Made by a program: the position numbers and the translations under genes. The notes beneath the pieces were generated by a model. That model was given only the letters and a program-made list of their open reading frames with translations, was not told the DNA's origin and did not search any database. A stretch of 61,427 nucleotides of DNA, taken from the IMG/VR virus record IMGVR_UViG_3300045988_166584. The stretch is one strand, 5' to 3'. Source of the DNA: a virus. This document shows positions 45,944 through 53,769 of this stretch, in pieces (the first letter of the stretch is position 1; the number at the start of each line of letters is the position of its first letter).

Positions 45944-46243
45944 TTATGCCACTTTCTTTTTTAATTTTCTAGGCTTCCTTGGCATTTTGACCTGTGCATA
46001 ACGCAGGACATCACTGGCATTGCAGAACCATTTCCCGTTTTGTGCGCATGTAGGCTTGTCGGAACGTATTTTGTTTTCTTCGATCAGTCTGATAAGCCTT
46101 CCTATGCCTCCAACTATTTTGGCCGCTTCTCTTTTACCGAATGTATGAGTGTCCATGATGGCTAGGATGTCTGCTAGCCGTGCTTCTGCCGTTCCATCAA
46201 ATAAGATGGATGTCCGTAGTTGGTTGTTAACTGTATAGTTCAT
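45944..46243 (-). CDS. Hypothetical DNA-binding-like protein
   Basis: 99 aa with a basic C-terminal tail (PRKPRKLKKKVA). Its stop lies 8 nt upstream of the tRNA-like gene. Confidence 0.5.
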   Translation of the reverse strand: MNYTVNNQLRTSILFDGTAEARLADILAIMDTHTFGKREAAKIVGGIGRLIRLIEENKIRSDKPTCAQNGKWFCNASDVLRYAQVKMPRKPRKLKKKVA

Positions 46244-46607
46244 AATCTGAATCTGTTTTTGTTCGTCTTGTTCTTGATACTTGGGTGGTTCTTGTCTTTG
46301 CTCTGCTGCATTGTTTCATGTCGGGATGAAAATCCAATGCGGCAATGACAAGGAACAGGATGGAGAAGAATAGCTCAAGCCCGTGTTTACGTATCTCTTT
46401 TATATCGAAGTTGATCTTCATGCGCTCACAGAACATGTATAATACAAGCTCGGTATCTTTGGAAATACCCAGCTTTTTGTATATATCCCGCTTCTGTGCT
46501 TTGATGGTCCATTCCGAGCGTTGCAGACTGTCGGCTACTTCCTTGTCGGCTAAACCCTTGCAATATTGTTCGGCGACAAGATGCTCGCGCTCTGATAGCG
46601 TAATCAT
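46227..46607 (-). CDS. LuxR/GerE-type HTH regulator with a C-terminal TM segment
   Basis: The GerE-like region is LSEREHLVAEQYCKGLADKEVADSLQRSEWTIKAQKRDIYKKLG, followed by the hydrophobic stretch LELFFSILFLVIAAL. Confidence 0.6.
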   Translation of the reverse strand: MITLSEREHLVAEQYCKGLADKEVADSLQRSEWTIKAQKRDIYKKLGISKDTELVLYMFCERMKINFDIKEIRKHGLELFFSILFLVIAALDFHPDMKQCSRAKTRTTQVSRTRRTKTDSDYELYS

Positions 46608-46810
46608 GACACACGCTGGATTTTGAACTCTCCGCGCTTGCGGTCAACCTCTCCTGTTCGTTTCCAATCGGCATTTTCTACACACATCTCCAATCTTAGT
46701 CTGGAAATGGTTGTGTTGACGGAAGATATCGCACGCACAGGGAACACAACGATATCACCTACCTTCATCGCTCTCAATGTGGCCGCCCAATTTTCTGTTA
46801 CTTTTACCAT
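46604..46810 (-). CDS. Hypothetical small protein
   Basis: 68-aa ORF with coupled start/stop codons. Confidence 0.45.
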   Translation of the reverse strand: MVKVTENWAATLRAMKVGDIVVFPVRAISSVNTTISRLRLEMCVENADWKRTGEVDRKRGEFKIQRVS

Positions 46811-46811
46811 A

Positions 46812-47006
46812 TTACTTCAATTTAGCGAGTTTAACGATGTTGTCTAGAGCATTAATGCTGCTTTCGTGTCGTGCCTGTAGGCGGGTGAACGAATCGAGCC
46901 ACATGTCGCTCTGTTCCTTGACTTCTTTAAGGTCTTGTTCCAGTTCTTGTACACGTCTTACAAGGTCTTCGTGTGTCATGCTTTGTAATTCTTCTACTGT
47001 TGTCAT
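46812..47006 (-). CDS. Small coiled-coil protein
   Basis: The preferred start is ATG 47006 (MTTVEELQSM). The track's TTG at 47039 would overlap the upstream small ORF. Confidence 0.45.
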   Translation of the reverse strand: MTTVEELQSMTHEDLVRRVQELEQDLKEVKEQSDMWLDSFTRLQARHESSINALDNIVKLAKLK

Positions 47007-47010
47007 AGCT

Positions 47011-47169
47011 TTATTTTTTTTGATTTTCAATATTGTCAAGTTCGTTGCTTATCACTAGTAGTGTGGCGGTGAATGATGCTGCCGCCACCCAAAACCATGC
47101 GTCCATGTTCTGCATGGTAAGAAGGAGCACTAGAAAGGATGCTCCACAGATGGAAATCATTGTTTTCAT
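47011..47169 (-). CDS. Small membrane peptide (52 aa, below the ORF-track cutoff)
   Basis: Hand-translated as MKTMISICGASFLVLLLTMQNMDAWFWVAAASFTATLLVISNELDNIENQKK. It starts directly after the stop of 47170-48129. Confidence 0.45.
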   Translation of the reverse strand: MKTMISICGASFLVLLLTMQNMDAWFWVAAASFTATLLVISNELDNIENQKK

Positions 47170-48129
47170 TTATAAGTATATAGATCTTGCAAAATCATTC
47201 TTTGCTATTTTATCATACCAATAATCCTCTTCATTTTCATCATAGGATTGGGGCTCTATTGTCACGTTCCTTTTAATCTTGTCTTTGTGACTTATTACAT
47301 CATCCAGTGCTCTAATTGCTTTCCTCAACATTTCCGCATTGGAAATCCTTCTACGCTTCATGAGTTTCATTAGATAGTACATCTCTCTTTCACCTTTGAT
47401 CTCAACTAATAATGCCCTGTTGTTAGGATTTGCCGTAAAAGGATATGCTGGCTGTTTTATCAGTCTATAAAGGCTGAACACTTTTCCTATCATGGAGTCG
47501 TCCAAAGCTCTTTCTTTTTTCGAAACACAAGACGCTCTCAGCGCAATCCTTATCAAATCACATACATTCATACCGTTTTGGTTCGCGTAACTATTTATCA
47601 TTTGGTATATTTCTTCCGGGATAACAGTTTGTAACCTAACGGATATGTCATACTTTGCTTTGGGATTTTTCATATATGCTATCCTTTTGCACATTCTGTC
47701 CAACAGTCTGTCAGGAGCATTATAGAAAGCTGTAACTGCATGGTAATATATTTCGTTTCTGAACCGATAACCACTCTTGCTCATGTTGAGGGAAACGGCG
47801 TTTTTCAAGTCTACAGGTATTGCCCCGATAGAATAATATACATACTTATTAGGGGTATTGTATTCTTTACCATATTTCCAGACTTTCATTGCAATACTTT
47901 CACAAGGTTTTCCGCATATATGAGCGATGTAATTAGATAATAGGTAGCACATTATTTCAACTCTGTAGGCTTTGTTGCGGTATAAAGAGAATTTTAACAT
48001 GATTTTTTCTCTTTCTTCTTTTGTCATGTAAAGAGTCAGACATGAAATTTGATTTTCCTTTCCGCCCTTCCAGCCTTTCGGCATTATCGAAAGGTTGATT
48101 TCTTTGTTTAATCTAATTAGGTTTCTCAT
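47170..48129 (-). CDS. Protein built from repeated ribbon-helix-helix-like modules
   Basis: 319 aa with at least three RHH-like units, for example ISVRLQTVIPEEIYQMINSYANQNGMNVCDLIRIALRA and LLVEIKGEREMYYLMKLMKRRRISNAEMLRKAIRAL. Confidence 0.5.
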   Translation of the reverse strand: MRNLIRLNKEINLSIMPKGWKGGKENQISCLTLYMTKEEREKIMLKFSLYRNKAYRVEIMCYLLSNYIAHICGKPCESIAMKVWKYGKEYNTPNKYVYYSIGAIPVDLKNAVSLNMSKSGYRFRNEIYYHAVTAFYNAPDRLLDRMCKRIAYMKNPKAKYDISVRLQTVIPEEIYQMINSYANQNGMNVCDLIRIALRASCVSKKERALDDSMIGKVFSLYRLIKQPAYPFTANPNNRALLVEIKGEREMYYLMKLMKRRRISNAEMLRKAIRALDDVISHKDKIKRNVTIEPQSYDENEEDYWYDKIAKNDFARSIYL

Positions 48130-48508
48130 AAGTAGATATTATTAGTTTGTGCCCCGATAACCTCTCTCTGGTCTTCCCACCGGAGTTGTCAGCTACTGTT
48201 CTTCACTGCATAACCGTTCGGGGCATGATTGCCCTTTTTATTTTACCCTTACACGCTTGGCGCCCTTTGCCGCTTGTTCACTCAGGAATATTGCGTATTG
48301 CATTGTACCTTTCTCAGTACGCAAACGGCAGCTTTCAGTTACCTCCGGGACTGCACCCGTAACCCTACTCAAGTCTGCTTCTGCTGTCACCAGTTCCGAG
48401 TCTTTCGGGATGTGTTGTTGCGGAGTGTCGCTTCTCCTGTTTGTTATGGTCAAACTCCATTTAGTAGCGGTAATCCCATCAAAAGGTAGGCTCGCTGGCC
48501 GTTACCGC
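48130..48508 (-). ncRNA. Candidate structured non-coding RNA or long structured leader
   Basis: About 380 nt, visibly more G+C-rich than its flanks. Short ORFs are open in several frames on both strands, which is typical of non-coding G+C-rich sequence. Many helices are present, including AGCGGTAA/TTACCGCT, TTGCGTA/TACGCAA and TGCCCCGA/TCGGGGCA. Confidence 0.4.
48221..48244 (+). terminator. Plus-strand hairpin with a T-tract, antisense to the leader of 47170-48129
   Basis: GGGCA-tgat-TGCCC is followed by TTTTTATTTT. Its left arm also belongs to the alternative long-range helix 48150-48157 / 48218-48225. Confidence 0.4.
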
Positions 48509-48793
48509 TTAATCTCCGCAGTACTGGGAGCCTAAATATCCACGGCTGTTGGAGTTGTAGCAGTCTGACCATTCGGCTTTGAAAGTGACTTTTTCTGCTT
48601 TGACCGGAGTGAACACTTTGTTATTTCTTTCTTCCTGTTGTCTTGCCAGCTCTTCTTGCATTGTAACATTCAGTTTTGCCAGTTTCCATGTTGATTTCAG
48701 AACTTCACCGAAGGTCTTGCCTTGTTTCTTGCCTACATACTTGTAAGTTCTGTGGGCATCTCTCATAATCTGTCGTAAATCGAATCTTTTCAT
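48509..48793 (-). CDS. Hypothetical protein, first gene of the leftward early operon
   Basis: 94-aa ORF, 86 nt downstream of the minus-strand -7 box at 48880-48887. Confidence 0.55.
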   Translation of the reverse strand: MKRFDLRQIMRDAHRTYKYVGKKQGKTFGEVLKSTWKLAKLNVTMQEELARQQEERNNKVFTPVKAEKVTFKAEWSDCYNSNSRGYLGSQYCGD

Positions 48794-48852
48794 TGTCTTA
48801 CCTCTTTTTAGTTATTACTTTTATTTGGTTATCTCACTCAAACTTGCTTTCT

Positions 48853-48902
48853 TTGTTTATTGTTTGTTGTTTGATGCTGCAAAGATAAAGAATTTATCTT
48901 TA
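48853..48902. promoter_or_regulatory. Divergent switch promoters with heptad repeats and a palindromic operator
   Basis: There are three TTGTTT(A/G) heptads at 48853-48873, a minus-strand box TATCTTTG at 48880-48887, the palindrome AGATAAA-gaa-TTTATCT at 48883-48899, and a plus-strand near-consensus box TATCTTTA at 48895-48902. Confidence 0.5.
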
Positions 48903-48953
48903 TAAAGTCTTTATTCAGCAAATTAATTCTTTATATTAACTTTATTTTACTTT

Positions 48954-49262
48954 ATGACAGGAAACGAGGTTCGCTCCATATTATTAGAAAATGGATTTGT
49001 ATTAGCAGAAGTGGCTGACAAACTTGGTATCACAGCCCAAACGCTTAATAGTAGGTTAAATGCTAAAAATTTTAAGAATGAATATCTAACTGAATTATCG
49101 AATATCCTTAACGTGTCGTTTGAAACAAAACCTGTTCAGGATATAGATAATCTCATGTCTTTAATTGAAAGTCAAAAGCAGATGCTTGAGAGTCAGCAGC
49201 GAACAATTGAAAATCTTTCACGCACCATAGATACTCTTTCAAAAACTTTGCAACATCAATAA
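48954..49262 (+). CDS. Cro/XRE-like HTH protein with a C-terminal coiled coil
   Basis: 102 aa. The HTH region is LAEVADKLGITAQTLNSRLNAKN, and heptad-like repeats follow. Confidence 0.6.
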   Translation: MTGNEVRSILLENGFVLAEVADKLGITAQTLNSRLNAKNFKNEYLTELSNILNVSFETKPVQDIDNLMSLIESQKQMLESQQRTIENLSRTIDTLSKTLQHQ

Positions 49263-49342
49263 ATCAAAGAACACAGAGTTTACCTCTTTTTAGTTAGTCA
49301 ATATTTTTGCACTTCCGAACTATTTTTCGTTCCTTTGTGCTG

Positions 49343-49444
49343 TTGTTTATTGTTTGATGTTGCAAAGATACTAACTGTTTGTATTAATGCAAACTTTTGC
49401 TTATAAAAAGTTAGTTTATTTACAACATTTAACTAACAGTTAGT
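49343..49444. promoter_or_regulatory. Second switch region: heptads, -7 box and ACTAAC/GTTAGT operator half-sites
   Basis: TTGTTTATTGTTTGAT lies at 49343-49358 and a minus-strand box TATCTTTG at 49363-49370. Half-sites are ACTAAC at 49370-49375 and GTTAGT at 49410-49415. The perfect palindrome ACTAAC-A-GTTAGT lies at 49432-49444, 10 nt before the repressor ATG. Confidence 0.5.
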
Positions 49445-49454
49445 ATATATCGAT

Positions 49455-50156
49455 ATGAAACCTTGGGAACGCATACAAAAAATAATGGATGAAGAAGGAC
49501 TTAATAAAAATTCCTTCAGTAAGGCTATTGGCATTTCAAATAATGTCACTATAACCCGTATTATCAATGAAAAACGCTCTCCGTCAAGGAGTACATGTGA
49601 AAAAATAGTTTCCGCCTTTCCTAAATATAATCTTGCATGGATACTAACTGGAGAAGGAAGTATGCTAACTGATATAACTTCTTATGATGAAGCATCTCCG
49701 ATTGACGAGCCAATCATACTACGTGTACCACTCGTGAGTCAATACGCGCAAGCAGGATACCTCTGCGGATACGCGGATGCAGCATACATGGCAACTTTGC
49801 CTACTATACCATATATAGTAGACCATGAAGCGCAAGGACACTACGTTGCCTTTGAGGTGAAAGGAGACAGTATGAATGACGGGACAGAGGATGCCATTTT
49901 GGAAGGTGACCGCCTGCTGTGTCGGGAAATTATGCCGCATCTATGGGCAGATAGCAAACTGCATATCAGAAAATGGGATTTCGTTATCGTACATACTGAA
50001 GGAATACTGGTGAAGCGTATCATTGATCATAATGTGGAAAACCATACCATCACAATACACTCACTGAACTCAATGTACCTGGATAAAGTCATCAGCCTTT
50101 CTGACGTGAAGCAGATATTCAATGTTATAGAATTACAAAGACCAAGAAGACGATGA
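49455..50156 (+). CDS. CI/LexA-type repressor (XRE HTH plus S24 peptidase)
   Basis: The HTH is FSKAIGISNNVTITRIINEKRSPS. The S24 catalytic motifs are EVKGDSMNDG (Ser) and ILVKRI (Lys). Confidence 0.85.
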   Translation: MKPWERIQKIMDEEGLNKNSFSKAIGISNNVTITRIINEKRSPSRSTCEKIVSAFPKYNLAWILTGEGSMLTDITSYDEASPIDEPIILRVPLVSQYAQAGYLCGYADAAYMATLPTIPYIVDHEAQGHYVAFEVKGDSMNDGTEDAILEGDRLLCREIMPHLWADSKLHIRKWDFVIVHTEGILVKRIIDHNVENHTITIHSLNSMYLDKVISLSDVKQIFNVIELQRPRRR

Positions 50157-51001
50157 GTTTATTCAACATATTCAGCCAAAAGAAAGCTATAAAAGAAGAA
50201 CTTGTTTCCCAAAAGGAATACTACACATCGGAGGAAATTGAGGCTATCGCTTGTAAGGGCTTCAGAGACAAATGGCAAATCGGAATAAGAGATAACCCTA
50301 ATTTGTTTCCTGTTATGTTTGAATGGCGTACGATAGGAGAATATAAAAGCATTTTGTGTTTTAAGAGTTTTAGAACAGAAGAATTGAATTACGCTCCTGT
50401 CTTCACTAGTTTTGATGACAGCCTAAAGGAATTTTTCCATGAAGACGGAAAGTCAGACCCGGTTTCTTTAAAAACAACTTTTTTTGGATATGTTATATTG
50501 AAATATCCTGTTGAAAAGTGTGCGGTTCGTATTTTGGCTCCCATATATAATGAGATGTACAAAAGAAACCATAAACCTGTTGAGGATTTTTCTGATATTC
50601 TTGAAATAGACTTTTCTCCTGAAGCTATATTGAATCACGAACAGGAAGTTGAACGTATGGCAAATGAAGCAAAGGCTAAAAGAGAACGTGAAGAAATTGA
50701 AGCTATAAAAGAAAAACTCCTTAAAAAGAAACGTAAAGAGCAGTTAGAAAAAATGGCTTTACGTGAACTAATGGATGAGGGTATTTTATTCCCAGAAGCT
50801 GGGAAACGACCACCTATACCAAAAGATGTCGTAGATGCAGTTTGGAGAAGGGATGGAGGAAGATGTGTTTATTGCGGTTCTACTGAAAACCTGCAGCTTG
50901 ACCATATTATTCCCTTTTCCAAAGGTGGTGCGACTACAGTGGAGAATCTTCAATTATTATGCCAAAAATGTAATTTACAAAAATCAAATAAAATAGGATA
51001 A
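50153..51001 (+). CDS. HNH endonuclease with an unknown N-terminal domain and a central coiled coil
   Basis: The HNH region is CVYCGSTENLQLDHIIPFSKGGATTVENLQLLCQKCNLQKSNK. Its start overlaps the repressor stop (ATGA). Confidence 0.8.
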   Translation: MSLFNIFSQKKAIKEELVSQKEYYTSEEIEAIACKGFRDKWQIGIRDNPNLFPVMFEWRTIGEYKSILCFKSFRTEELNYAPVFTSFDDSLKEFFHEDGKSDPVSLKTTFFGYVILKYPVEKCAVRILAPIYNEMYKRNHKPVEDFSDILEIDFSPEAILNHEQEVERMANEAKAKREREEIEAIKEKLLKKKRKEQLEKMALRELMDEGILFPEAGKRPPIPKDVVDAVWRRDGGRCVYCGSTENLQLDHIIPFSKGGATTVENLQLLCQKCNLQKSNKIG

Positions 51002-51180
51002 TGATGAAAGAATATATAGCTATATTTGAATATAATGGAGAAATACAGAATCTAGAATTTGTGTCTAATTCAAACTCTCAAGAAAAACTAAATTCTGAAG
51101 CAAGAATGTATGTAAATGACTATCTTCTAACAAAATATGGAACTGTTACATATCATTTTATAAGAGTTATTCCTAAATAA
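51001..51180 (+). CDS. Hypothetical small protein (59 aa, below the ORF-track cutoff)
   Basis: Hand-translated as MMKEYIAIFEYNGEIQNLEFVSNSNSQEKLNSEARMYVNDYLLTKYGTVTYHFIRVIPK. Its ATG overlaps the HNH stop (TAATG). Confidence 0.45.
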   Translation: MMKEYIAIFEYNGEIQNLEFVSNSNSQEKLNSEARMYVNDYLLTKYGTVTYHFIRVIPK

Positions 51181-51216
51181 GAACCATTTTAAACACAATG
51201 TTTATATAAGCTAAAG

Positions 51217-51786
51217 ATGAAAGTCAATATTAAAGTTAGAGATAATTATAAAAGCTATTGCTCCTTAATAGATGAAGAGAAAATTTTGTTAAATAACAAA
51301 ATCGTTCTTGACGAAAAGAAAAATAGCAGACCGGATTATAAAGAAAAAAATACTCCTACTTATAGCGATGTCTTACCAAATGATATAATTTTTACCATAC
51401 AACAAAAAGAAACTGAAGAAAAAGATTTTAAATTCATTTTACGCTGTGTTCCTTTTTGTGAAAGACCTTTTTTTAGATATGATTCTACGGGACCTTCTCA
51501 TAGGAATTCCAATTTGCCTATTCCTATAGAGGAACAACAAGTTCCAACTCCTCATTTTCATCGGTTCGTAGCTGATGGAAAGGAGATAGCTTACAAGACA
51601 AAGGTGCTGTTGGATGAAAAGCAATCAAAAGTTTTGGAAGATATTTCTATGTGTGTTTTGCATTTTATGCAGGAGGCCAATATAAAATTTGAAAATTTTG
51701 ATTTAATTTCGACCCCAGGTGTTCTTCCTTTTAAAATGGAAGAAAATATTGATCCTTTAGAAAATGTACAATTTGATATTGAATAA
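51217..51786 (+). CDS. Hypothetical protein
   Basis: 189-aa ORF with conserved-looking His/Cys patches (CVPFCERPFFRYDSTGPSHRN and PTPHFHRF). No family recognised. Confidence 0.55.
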   Translation: MKVNIKVRDNYKSYCSLIDEEKILLNNKIVLDEKKNSRPDYKEKNTPTYSDVLPNDIIFTIQQKETEEKDFKFILRCVPFCERPFFRYDSTGPSHRNSNLPIPIEEQQVPTPHFHRFVADGKEIAYKTKVLLDEKQSKVLEDISMCVLHFMQEANIKFENFDLISTPGVLPFKMEENIDPLENVQFDIE

Positions 51787-51788
51787 TC

Positions 51789-52592
51789 ATGGAAGATATA
51801 ATAAAGATTATAATAGCGTCATTTAGTTCTTTGTGGAAAGTGAAAAAATATGGAAAGACCATAGAAATAATAACGCCTTTCTTTACCACAAATGATTGCT
51901 TTGTTTCTGTTTTTCTAACAGAAAGAGAGGGCTATTACATTATTACTGATGGTGGTTGGATTAGTGAAAATTACTATAATAATTTTTTCGATAGTGATGA
52001 TGAGTCTTATTTAAGACTGTTCACTTATTATAAGGAACAATATTCTATACGTGAGACGGAATCAAACAATAAAATTTATTATTATAAAACTACAATGAAA
52101 AAAGAATTAGTACCAAATTTGGTTCTTGAGGTGTCTAATTTTATTTCAACCGTGGTAAGTTCTTCTTTTATAAAATTTCAAGATGATAAGGATAAGGATT
52201 TGCAAAAGAGATTCCGTACGCAGGTGAGTAACTTTCTTACAGCTGGGTTTGATAAGAAGGAATTGTCGTTTAATGGGTTTATTGATGAGAGGTATAAGGA
52301 TATAAAATTTAATGCTGTTGTTAAAAGAAGTGATAGATTTACATTGTTTAATTACGTAACTGGTACTACTGAATTTTATTTTCGTGGTAGTATTGGACGT
52401 TCTAATATGAATTTCCAGTTAATAAATAGGACAATGCTAAAAAAGCAGATACATAGGCGTGTGACGGTTGTGAATGATCAAGCTTCAGGATATAAAATTG
52501 AAAAATTGAAACAATATCTTGACTTGATATCGGATGAAGCGGAGTCTGTAGTCGTTAATTGGACTAATAGAAAAAAACTATTAGAATTATAA
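51789..52592 (+). CDS. Hypothetical protein (possibly DUF1828/DUF1829-like)
   Basis: 267-aa ORF starting 2 nt after the previous stop. The segment IITPFFTTNDCFVSVFLTEREGYYIITDGGW recalls DUF1828, but this is a low-certainty recollection. Confidence 0.55.
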   Translation: MEDIIKIIIASFSSLWKVKKYGKTIEIITPFFTTNDCFVSVFLTEREGYYIITDGGWISENYYNNFFDSDDESYLRLFTYYKEQYSIRETESNNKIYYYKTTMKKELVPNLVLEVSNFISTVVSSSFIKFQDDKDKDLQKRFRTQVSNFLTAGFDKKELSFNGFIDERYKDIKFNAVVKRSDRFTLFNYVTGTTEFYFRGSIGRSNMNFQLINRTMLKKQIHRRVTVVNDQASGYKIEKLKQYLDLISDEAESVVVNWTNRKKLLEL

Positions 52593-52619
52593 TGGGATGA
52601 TGATTGTTTAATACGAAAA

Positions 52620-52720
52620 AACGTTAGACAATGTAATAATGAAGTCGGTGATACTAGTGTGGGGAGCTTTAGCTTTTATGCCAAGAATGCAATCTACAAA
52701 GATCAAATAAAATAGGATAA
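52620..52720 (+). pseudogene. Remnant of a second HNH gene 3' end
   Basis: 52676-52720 matches 50957-51001 at 41 of 45 positions and ends in the same ...SNKIG stop. Upstream similarity (GDTSVGSFSF against GATTVENLQL) is broken by a frameshift and an in-frame TAG at 52670-52672. Confidence 0.65.
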
Positions 52721-52739
52721 ACTTATAATTAAATTTAAG

Positions 52740-53510
52740 ATGAAAATACATCATTATACTTCTATTGAAACATTAGAAATGATTCTTAAGAACAAAAGTA
52801 TAAAGTTTAATCGTTTGGATCAAGTGGATGATAAAGCAGAATATAAATATGACTCAACGGTTTATGATACGAATATAAAATTAGGTAAATATACTTTTGT
52901 GAGTTGTTGGACTAAGTCGGAAATGGAAAATATTGATTTATGGAATCGATACGGGAAAGGGAATAAAGGTGTAAGGATAAGTTTGGATGAGGATATGTTT
53001 GAAACTTACGATGTGGGAACTGTTAATAGATCATTTTATAATAATAGGGAATATTGTTTTGAAAATTTTGTAGTCAGTTCTTATATTAATAAAGTCGGTC
53101 TTGTTGATGTGAAATATGAACAAAATATTGAGCTATATTATAAAGAAGCTATCAAATGCTTTGATCAAGGAGTTGCGTTTAAACATGATAATATTGGCAT
53201 TTATAAGAAAAGGGAATGGGGATTACAGAATGAAAGCCGTTTCATTATTCATGCACAACCGTTTGAACCGGCTTTAATGAGCAATCATCCTTTGAGCTTT
53301 CCGTTGGCTCTTGGTACTGCTTATAGAAATGGAATGGAGCTGAGTAGAACAGCCCTTTATATTCCATTAAAGCAGGAAGTTTTAGAGCATTTAGAAATAA
53401 CAATGGGACCTGGAACAACTGATGAAGATCGGAAAAAGGTTGAAAAGATATTGAAAGATTGTAATATTAAAGCAGAAATCAAAGATAGTGCATTAAAGGG
53501 GGATTTATAA
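52740..53510 (+). CDS. DUF2971-family protein (paralogue 3 of 3)
   Basis: 256 aa with the N-terminal signature KIHHYTSIETLEMILKNKSIKFNRLDQVDDKAEY. Confidence 0.65.
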   Translation: MKIHHYTSIETLEMILKNKSIKFNRLDQVDDKAEYKYDSTVYDTNIKLGKYTFVSCWTKSEMENIDLWNRYGKGNKGVRISLDEDMFETYDVGTVNRSFYNNREYCFENFVVSSYINKVGLVDVKYEQNIELYYKEAIKCFDQGVAFKHDNIGIYKKREWGLQNESRFIIHAQPFEPALMSNHPLSFPLALGTAYRNGMELSRTALYIPLKQEVLEHLEITMGPGTTDEDRKKVEKILKDCNIKAEIKDSALKGDL

Positions 53511-53527
53511 TATGACTATTCTGGAAA

Positions 53528-53677
53528 ATGTTAGATTATGCTTGGCTAGGTATAGTAGTTCAGTTTATTGACGAAAACAAGAAAGATGTGAAACACGTTA
53601 TTGAAAGCCTTGATGATATTTATAACTATGAGGATGAATTCTTTAAGGCGATCGATATGTACGAACATAAGGAATAG
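53528..53677 (+). CDS. Possible small acidic protein (49 aa)
   Basis: Hand-translated as MLDYAWLGIVVQFIDENKKDVKHVIESLDDIYNYEDEFFKAIDMYEHKE. Support is weak. Confidence 0.3.
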   Translation: MLDYAWLGIVVQFIDENKKDVKHVIESLDDIYNYEDEFFKAIDMYEHKE

Positions 53678-53769
53678 GATAAAAGTTCTAGAAGATTAAT
53701 TAAAAATAATTGCAGCATTAGCAAATGTATTGTTAGTGCTGCAATGTGAACATTGGAGTTTTATTATAT

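Noticed and set aside
48229-48535. ORFs 48229-48489 (+), 48257-48535 (+) and 48238-48453 (-) as protein-coding genes
   Set aside because: The three ORFs overlap one another in different frames and strands within a G+C-rich patch. None has a promoter or RBS context or a recognisable motif. The pattern is more consistent with stop-codon-poor non-coding sequence.
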